Below are positions 55,845 through 64,000 of a DNA stretch of 64,000 nt, in pieces; position 1 is the first letter of the stretch; every line of letters starts with the position of its first letter. Position numbers and translations under genes: made by a program. The stretch is from Zygnema circumcarinatum SAG 698-1b (Eukaryota > Plantae > Zygnematophyceae), in the NCBI GenBank assembly GCA_037447605.1, contig CM074805.1, forward strand, positions 2,885,361 to 2,949,360. Reading direction: 5' to 3'. The notes beneath the pieces were generated by a model. The model did not search any database. It saw only the letters and a program-made list of their open reading frames with translations, and was not told the origin of the DNA.

Positions 55845-56620
55845 ATCCATCCACCTAGCCACATGCATCCACCATTCATCCATCCATCCACCTAGCCATC
55901 CCTAACGCATGCATCCATCATCCATCCATCCATCTATCCACCCAGCCACCCCTACCGCATGCATCCATCATCCATCCATCCATCCATCCACCTAGCCATC
56001 CCTACCGCATGCATCCATCATCAATCCATCCATCCATCCACCTAGCCATCCCTACCGCATGCATCCATCATCCATCCATCCATCCACCACCCAGCCATCC
56101 CATCTATCCGCACCTAGCCATCCATCATCATCATCCATCCATCCATCCACCTAGCCATCCCTACCGCATGCATCCATCATCCATCCATCCATCCACCTAG
56201 CCATCCCTAACGCATGCATCCATCGTCCATCTATCCATCCACCTAGCCATCCCCCACGCATCCATCATCCATCCATCCATCCGCATGCATCCATCGTCCA
56301 TCTATCCATCCACCTAGCCATCCCTAACGCATGCATCCATCATCCATCCATCCATCCATCCACCTAGCCATCCCTACCGCATGCATCCATCATCCATCCA
56401 TCCATCCACCTAGCCATCCCTAACGCATGCATCCATCGTCCATCTATCCATCCACCTAGCCATCCCCAACGCATGCATCCATCGTCCATCTATCCATCCA
56501 CCTAGCCATCCCCAACGCATGCATCCATCATCCATCCATCCATCCACCTAGCCATCCCTAACGCATGCATCCATCCATCCATCCATCCATCCATCCATCC
56601 ATCCATCCATCCGCCATGCA
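55845..56620. repeat. Minisatellite of about 16 units (40-50 bp) built from (CATC)n plus CACCTAGCCATCCCTAACGCATG
   Basis: Recurrent CACCTAGCCATCCCT(A/C)(A/C)CGCATGCATCCAT with a variable number of CATC. Confidence 0.92.
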
Positions 56621-57554
56621 TGCCACGCGCTAGTGCTGGCAAAATCGTGACTTGTAGGCGGCATTCCGCAGTATGTCTACTATAGGGAAATTCCTAGCCA
56701 TTGCCGAAATACTAGAGACAAATTTCTAGTTTATTCATTATACTTTGCTAGAAACACCTAGCCAATCGTTAGCTGTATTAGTGACATCTAGTCACATATA
56801 TAACTCAGAATTACGTTGCCCTGTGTTACATTGCCAATGGCAATGGCTGCTCGGGTCGTGAATCATTGGTTCGAACCATTGGCAATGCTTGACAACCGTT
56901 GAATCCAATGGTTGCGACCATTGGCATGGTTGTTTTGGTCAGACGGCAATGGTTGGAACTATTGGCAATGGATGGCAACGATTGAATCCAATGGTTCCGA
57001 CCATTGGTAATGGTTGGCTGGGTCGCGAATCAATGGTCCGCAACCGTTTGAATGGTTGATCCAATGGTCCGACCTGTGAAGCGTTAAGGCAAGCCTTTGA
57101 CTAAAATTTCACGTCGTGCGACTTGCGTGCGACATCGCGCATACGATACAAAGCGAGGCAAAAGTTGAGGCGTTTTTGGCGCCTCACCTCCGCGTCCATG
57201 GTGCGACGCGGTTCCCGTAGTGCGACCATTACGCGACAACGCGCATGCGAATTTGACACATGCGATGCGAGACAAAAGTGAGGCGTTTTTTGGTGCCTCA
57301 CTCTTACCTAACAGTGCGACGCAGTACCCATAGTGCGACTTGCGACTTGCATGTAAAGTGCATCATGAAGATCTCGTCGCACTATGATGGAAACATCTTT
57401 TTTAAATATTCAAATTTCAGAAAAAAAAAACTACATAGGTTGCACCATTAGACCTACCATTCGACTGATTGCGACTGATTGCCTCGCTTCTACGCTTCTT
57501 CGGCGTGCTGCAGTTGTCGGTGGACTTCCGCCGCTCCCTCCTCGCGATGTGCCC

Positions 57555-57730
57555 CACATCGGTGACCTTCGCGGCTGCTTCTAGGGCTGCGTTGTTGTGT
57601 TTAGGCGTAGTTTTCCGCTCTTAGCTTCATTCTATTGTGCTTAGGTCCTTTGCGACTAGTCCCTCGTGGTTCCACATCATGCTTTTGTCCATGTACATTT
57701 GATGGCCTCGCCATCGTGAGTTCAATGAAA
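57555..57730 (-). repeat. Dispersed repeat family R1 (GTGGCATTGATCTCACGATGGCGATGCCATC... module); uninterrupted copy
   Basis: Related copies are at about 7559-7620, 12347-12440, 14755-15835 (split by MITEs), 37250-37360, 43795-43875 and 59665-59755. Confidence 0.75.
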
Positions 57731-57936
57731 TTTGGGATTGCGAACCATTGGTGCCGGACCAAAACAACCATTCGACTGGTTCGGAACTGTTGGATGCCAA
57801 TGGTTGGCAACCATTCGAATAGTTTTGAACCATTGGATGCCAATGCTTGCCAACCATTTGAATGGTTGCTTACCATTGGCGACGGTTGTCATGGAAAGTT
57901 TAGGGGAGTCGCAGTCTCTTTTCGGTGTACAGTGTA

Positions 57937-59009
57937 CAGGGTAGTCGCGTTAAAGTGACATTGTTTATAATAACGACATGGATATACTGACGTTTTTTCC
58001 GGGAACAACCACTGTAGATCCTGCGCCAGTAGTGACGCCATTATGTATATAATGACATTTGAAAAGCCCTAATTGTTACTATATCTTCAAAATGTCGATA
58101 TTATCCACCCACGTATTGGAATATGCGTTACAAATATATTGCGACCGTACACATTATCGACAAATACTGTCAAATATCGACTTGACCGTACACATGCTCA
58201 CTAGGGTTCGCATTACAATAGGGCGTGTCAGACTTAAAAAATTCTCGTAATACTAAAAACTCGATATTCGTAACATTTCGAGTCAAATTCCCGAGCGTAG
58301 TTTTTCGCACTCGCGGCGCGGTCCTGTTCGCACTCCGCGATCGCCGTCTTCGCACTTCTCCAAACGCCGTCTTCGCAACTTCGCCCTCGCGCGGGGCCCT
58401 CAGACTTAGAAACAGCGCCGGCGCGGCGCGCGGAGACCGCTTGTCGGTGTGTCGTGTTGCGCGTCACGGGCGGGCGCGGGCGCGGCCGGGAAGCCGGGAA
58501 AACAACCATGACGTCACGTTGACGCGATTTTCGCCAGTATTTTCTTCGCACGTCCATTTCGGCGCCTCTTTTGGGTGCGAACAAAATCGTGCGAAGAAGT
58601 GCCCTTTTTAGTAAACCCCACGGGTCAATCTTCGCAACGTTGACCCGTTGACTTAGCACAGTTGACTTCCGTTCGGTTCGGTTTAGGTTCGGGGGCGCGA
58701 TGATTTTTAGTACTTAGTAACCTCGATTCTCGTAATACTAAAAACTCGATATTCGTAACATTTTGTTAAGTCTGACACGCCCTAGTATAGGGTTTTTAGG
58801 GTTTAGAACGGACCTATAGTTCGCACACACCTGCCCACGTGACGACGGCCCAGAAAGTACAATGTACGGTATCAATGGTGTACGGATATACCGCAAAAAC
58901 ACCTGTAATACCATTGTCACTATACATGTGAAATGACAAACGGGTCATTGTGGATATAGTGACACAGATAAGTGGGGACCGACATGGACACTATAACGCG
59001 ACTACCCTG
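57937..59009. mobile_element. MITE with CAGGGTAGTCGCGTTA TIRs, interrupted by a nested MITE B
   Basis: Left TA-CAGGGTAGTCGCGTTAAAGTG and right CACTATAACGCGACTACCCTG-TG form a 16-bp perfect TIR with an imperfect extension. Confidence 0.7.
58221..58782 (-). mobile_element. MITE 'B' copy 2 (562 bp), TA-flanked
   Basis: Reverse complement of 15002-15578 at high identity, with flanks caaTA and TAgta. Confidence 0.88.
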
Positions 59010-59063
59010 TGGTGTGTTGCCGTGCCGTGTTGTTAAGACAACAAGTAAAGTTCATATACATTA

Positions 59064-59478
59064 GGGGTTTACTAAAAAGGGCACTTCTTCGCACGATTTT
59101 GTTCGCACCCAAAAGAGGCGCCGAAATGGACGTGCGAAGAAAATACTGGCGAAAATCGCGTCAACGTGACGTCATGGTTGTTTTCCCGGCTTCCCGGCCG
59201 CGCCCGCGCCCGCCCGTGACGCGCAACACGACACACCGACAAGCGGTCTCCGCGCGCCGCGCCGGCGCTGTTTCTAAGTTTGAGGGCCCCGCGCGAGGGC
59301 GAAGTTGCGAAGACGGCGTTTGGAGAAGTGCGAAGACGGCGATCGCGGAGTGCGAACAGGACCGCGCCGCGAGTGCAAAAAACTACGTTCGGGAATTTTA
59401 GTTTTACTGACGTTGACTCGAAATGTTACGAATATCGAGTTTTTAGTATTACGAGAATTTTTTAAGTCTGACACGCCC
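59064..59478 (+). mobile_element. 5'-truncated MITE 'B' copy 3
   Basis: Matches B from the internal GGGGTTTACT through to the right TIR AAGTCTGACACGCCC-TA. Confidence 0.8.
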
Positions 59479-60886
59479 TATTTGATGACATCGTCATCGC
59501 AAGTGCAATGCCAACTCATTTTACGTTTTTTTAAAACCAAAAAAAAGGCTTTTTTAGGACTTCTATGGTATTTCGGGTGAAATCCCCTAAATTAATGTCA
59601 AGTTTCCCTTGAATAATCAATTATGATGTTTAGGGGGTATCCCCTATTTGGGGGAGGCCTGGCCATGTGGCATTGATCTCACGATGGCGATGCCATCAAC
59701 TGTACATGGACAAAATCATCACGGGGAACCACGAGGAACTGGTCGCAGACCCGTGGACAAAACGATTCCTTTTAATCCACGGGTAAACATTCGGATACCG
59801 TACGTGGTTGTACGAACGTGTCACACTGTTAGCCGTGGTTCCAAAGTGGACCGCGGGGTCCACCTTCCCGTCGCCTGAAGCGGCCGCCGCCGCTGGACGA
59901 CGCGACTGCAGGCCTCGCTGAAAAATCCAATGCAATCCAGGAATTCATGATCAGATTCATTGAATCACAACTCACGATACCGTCCCGTACTGAATAATTC
60001 AAAGTTTCAAGAGCCTGTCCACGATCCACATGTGGACTGATGGCACTGTACGAAACCAGCACGGTCTGCCGACGACACACAGAACTGCGTGGCGCCAAAC
60101 TGGCACGGCTCGCATGGAGCGCCGGACCTTGGCGGGTACCTTGGCCAAGTACGAGACGAGGCACCAAACGACCAAAAACTCGTGCGGGCGAGGAGGTGGT
60201 TTTGGTCCTTTTGTTCTTGGGGCAAATGAGGTCGGTGTGGGGGGTTGTTGAGAGTGGTAAGTGTGTGGCTCTGTGAGAAGAAGAGGGCGTGAGCTGATGA
60301 CTCGCTTTGTGCAGAAGAACTGCCAAATGCGAGACTCTCAAATTGCTGGTCTCCGCGTAGTTAGTGAAACATGATTGCGTGCACAGTCCTTTTAAATTTG
60401 TGTACAACTTATTCCTGAATACACACAAAACTTGCTTGAAAACACTCCAAGCAATGGGAAAACCTATTCGTCTATCTACTCTCGTCTGCGTGCTCGGATT
60501 AGAACCTAAACAATGGATGCAATTGGAGATGCATTTTTTGCACTCGAACGGCAAGCATGGGAAAAGAAAAATTATACAAAGCCTATTCTATCAAATATTC
60601 AGCTAGTGCTCGTAAAAGAAGTCACGTTCTTCCGCGCTAAGGGCAAGTTATTGATTATCAACGAGTCTGCCAGTCCACGGGTTCCACTCCTCTCCTGCAT
60701 GATGCCAAAACAACGCTGGTGAGACAGTGCCACAGCAGAGCAGGTTCAAGCAAGCTGCTCTCATCTACCTTTCTCTCCTAACAAGACACATTTCACAACA
60801 TTGCAGTAAAACGGAAGGCCTGGAAACACAGACACGTGTAGGCATGTACAACAAACTTTGAAAGCATTCAGCGCACAGATCATCAC

Positions 60887-63124
60887 CTAAGATTGTGCAG
60901 GACGCTGGAGTGTGCTCCAGCAGGTGGGGGTCCCGCTTGCAGAATTTGAAAAATTCATGGAGAAAGAGGGATTCAAACCCTCATTGGTCGGCTGAATTCT
61001 GAGGTTTGCAGAGTTAAACAAAAGGTGTCGCAAAAGCATCGGATCCCCATCTAAGAGTCTGCACAAATGTTCTGCTGATAGCGACCAGTTATTTTCCTCA
61101 TTCCCTGCAACACTTGGTTCTAGTGTCTGCTCGACAAGTGAGGCTGAAGTTGCAGGAAACGAAGTGAGCAGTGGCGCCACAAGTTCCTCATTATCGTACA
61201 GGCCGACATTGGCAAACGATGCGGTGTTGGATTGAACCAGCTCGTCCTCAAAGCTCGTCCTGCGTTCAACTTCCAGCCGGTAGTCGAGGTTCTCGGGTGA
61301 ATGCGGGACATAATCCATGTAGTCGACATCGCCGATGCCATAAATGCCGTGCTCTGCTACTGCAGTCGCTTCACTGCAGCTTGCACGGCAGTTATTCCCA
61401 GAGCTCACGGGAAGCGAACCTTCAATGCCATCGATTGGAGTGGCAAACGTCGAGTATCCAAAGGGCTGTTGACATCTGTCTAGTCCACTTAGACCTGCAA
61501 TAACGAGAGAGGTTGTGCTCGTCTGCACGGGACTCTGCGCTATGCTGTCAGATGCGACTGCTTCTTCATACGAAGGAACCTCCAAGGCTGCGTCCAAGTC
61601 ACCGAGTCCAAAATAGCCCGATTGCGTCCAGGACCTCAAGTGTTCTCCGGGCAATGGCTGCTGTTGTCGGCGGCGTTCCTGCAAGATGTCGCCCGTCGGC
61701 ACGAGGCTAAGCACAACGGATGGTTTGACGTCACCTTCACTTTGAGCAGGTCCAAGTTCTGGATAACAAGCCCAGGGATCTTCTTGGCTTGGAAGGTCAG
61801 ATTTTGCGATTATTTGCTGACTGTTCAAAGGCTGTTGGCCCTCAGAACGGCAATCCAAGTCGCTCAATTGTGAGCCCTCATCAGTCGAACTTTCGGTGCT
61901 GCACTTTGTTCCGGCAATATTTTCAGGCTCTGCCTTCACAACTGCATCGTTGAGAATTGCGGCCTTGAGGATAGCTGGCCCCACCCCAAACGCTGCAGCA
62001 GCCCGAATGTCCGACACCTGTGGTAGAGACAGAAAAGGAGATAGAGTCACATTCGCTTAGGAAAAAGAGTGCCGATTAATGTGCACACATGCTCTCTACA
62101 CAGCAGCGACAGACACTGCGACTTTAGCAGAGAAAGACTTAAGCAAACGAATAGCTTGATTCCTTTCAGTAATCGACACTGAACCCACAGAAGGTTGTGG
62201 ACTCCGTCAGTCAGAACAGCGGCGTACCTGTGGTGTCTGCATTATGTCGCTCAGCACTCGCACATAGCGTGGCCTCAAGAAGTTGTTCCAGTGGTTCTGC
62301 ACATACAAACAGGCTTGACTGAGTGATATGAGCCATAATGCACAGGAGAAGGAAGTGACGAGGTAAAATTTTCATGATTACAAACATCATGGAATTGGAT
62401 ACAGCTGCTTAGATTGTAATGGCAGCTTGTCAAAAAAAACAAAGCAAAACGAAACATTAAAACAAGGGGAAAACATTGCTACGAAGTTTGGATATTCTAT
62501 CGCGAGAAAGAGGAAGTAATTTCTGGAAAACGGCCATTATCCATACACGCGTTTCAACATTTTTTTTGATTTTTTTTTTCATAGAGATGAAGTGAGAATG
62601 CATATGCGGGTAGACTGACTTTGACCGCGCTGTCCGTCCTGCCGCGGAGCTCCTTGGCGATGTGCGCCCATCGCGGGCCGTGGCGCGTGTAGCCGAGCGC
62701 GACAATGCGGCTCTCCTCTTCGCGAAAGCGGTCCTTCACCACCTGCACCGCGCCGCTCTCTCCCACGTTAGAACGCCGCCGGCCTACAATTCAAGCGCGC
62801 GGCACGCGAGCAGGCGGAGGGCGGAGCTCACCGCGGGGTTGAGATGGTTGAGCCAGCGCAGGCGGCAGCTCTTGGGCGTGCGCGCCTGCAGGCCGGTCTC
62901 CTCCGCGACCTGCGCCCACCCGTGCGCGCCGAGCCGCAGCACGGCGGCTCTCAGGGCTCGGTCTTCCGCGCGGCTCCTGCAAAATGCATGATCGACCCAT
63001 TCCCCTTGGTCAAAACCTATCTCAATTGCAGCGCCAGAAGTGTCTCATGGGACCTCCACCACGTTCTCTCAGACTGTAGCTTCGCAAAGGCCCCATTGCG
63101 GCTGCAGCTTGGCCCAATCCAAGC

Positions 63125-63156
<32 letters not shown>

Positions 63157-63207
63157 GGGGGGAGGGTCCCACCAGCACTTGCGGCCCTTGCGCTTCCCCG
63201 CCGCCAT
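60887..63207 (-). CDS. R2R3-MYB transcription factor (paralog 2), about 500 aa
   Basis: Exons 63207-63173, 62976-62832, 62742-62620, 62296-62228 and 62017-60887, phase-consistent. MAAGKRKGRKCW|SRAEDRAL...HGWAQVA...RTPKSCRLRWLNHLNPA|VVKDRFREEESRIV...GPRWAHIAKELRGRTDSAVK|NHWNNFLRPRY. Confidence 0.92.
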
Positions 63208-64000
63208 CGCCAGAAGGGCGCGGTGCGCTAGCCGACGGACGAGCAGACCGCGCTCCGCCCGTCGGAGCAAGTGCTGCGAGCTGCCGCGGCGCCACGTCGG
63301 CCGCGGGCGGCCACAGGGCGCGGGGCGGCGCGGGGCCGCTGCGCGCATTCAAGAAGGGCTCCTCCCGCCGTCAATGCGCGCGCCGCCCGCCGGGCCGCGC
63401 TGGCGCGGGAGCGTCCCCGCGCTCGTGCGCGCCCGCCGGCAGCGGGACTCGAACCGGCGACGCCCCCCGCAACGTGCGCGAGATCGCGCGAATCCGACTC
63501 GCGTTGAATTCGCTGACAGGCGGCGGGCGGGCGGGCGAGGCTTGATCCGCGGGTGGATCCGAGGGAATCCGATCGCGCTGCGGCCAAGCGCGGGGGCGAC
63601 CGGCAAGCTGCCAAGTGGCACTCTTGGAGCACTCCCCGACAGCGTAGTTATCATAAGGATGTCGTCACCATATAACATATTGACGTCATTTTTTTCACAG
63701 AATTTCACAAGGAATTCAGCAGTCCGTGCAGGGCTTGTCAATCTTGAAAAAATCTGTCGACTGAGTTGTTTCGAGAACGGTACTCTTTCCTCCGTCGTGG
63801 GAGTCCAGAACAAGTACTACTTCCGAAAGTGAGTTCTTACGGGATCATATGAAGATTGCCAAGCTCCATTCCATGTTCGCCAAAAATTGCGGCGGCTGTA
63901 CGGCATAGCCAGCACGTGAGCTGAAAGCAGGCGGATATATACCAGCGCCGTACAGTCGTGCAGGCCACGTGCTGCCTCCGCGGGCCCCCATTGATGGACG

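Noticed and set aside
55845-56620. Repeat array as a possible CRISPR
   Set aside because: There are no unique spacers (the variable part is just CATC copy number), no cas genes, and the context is eukaryotic and intron-rich.
58785-58808. Telomere-like TAGGGTTTTTAGGGTTTAG
   Set aside because: Only about two degenerate units inside a MITE, too short to call an interstitial telomere or telo-box.
63440-63465. B-box-like GGTTCGAGTCC on the minus strand (possible tRNA or SINE)
   Set aside because: No A-box at the proper distance and no acceptor or anticodon stems could be folded. It sits in the MYB2 CpG island.

Overview
Eukaryotic nuclear DNA from a streptophyte green plant, with GC-rich exons, GT-AG introns, CpG-island promoters and kb-long (GA)n tracts. 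A zygnematophyte-type alga or early-diverging land plant is my inference; the sequence cannot prove it. I spliced eight apparently intact genes by hand: NOA1/RIF1 cGTPase (runs off the left edge), two paralogous atypical R2R3-MYB genes at opposite ends of the window, a PEPKR-like (CDPK-superfamily, no EF hands) kinase, a family I pyrophosphatase-like protein, the HCF164 thioredoxin, a WRKY variant, and plastid ACCase biotin carboxylase (CAC2/accC). There is also one kinase pseudogene and one inverted kinase gene fragment. Intergenic DNA is rich in non-autonomous DNA transposons: a TA-target MITE family, and long-TIR foldback elements with GG termini and 8-bp TSDs, two of which carry a large (GA)n/(TC)n microsatellite. 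The most unusual items are (1) a PPase fold that has lost nearly all catalytic residues and carries candidate 14-3-3 sites, (2) a WLKYGQK WRKY domain with a hybrid C-X7-C-X23-H-X-H zinc finger, (3) the microsatellite-carrying transposons, (4) a GTAC-dense palindrome and a 35-bp perfect hairpin, and (5) an accC intron whose 3' part is about 1.15 kb of almost adenine-free (CT)n. No rRNA, tRNA or CRISPR array is supported.
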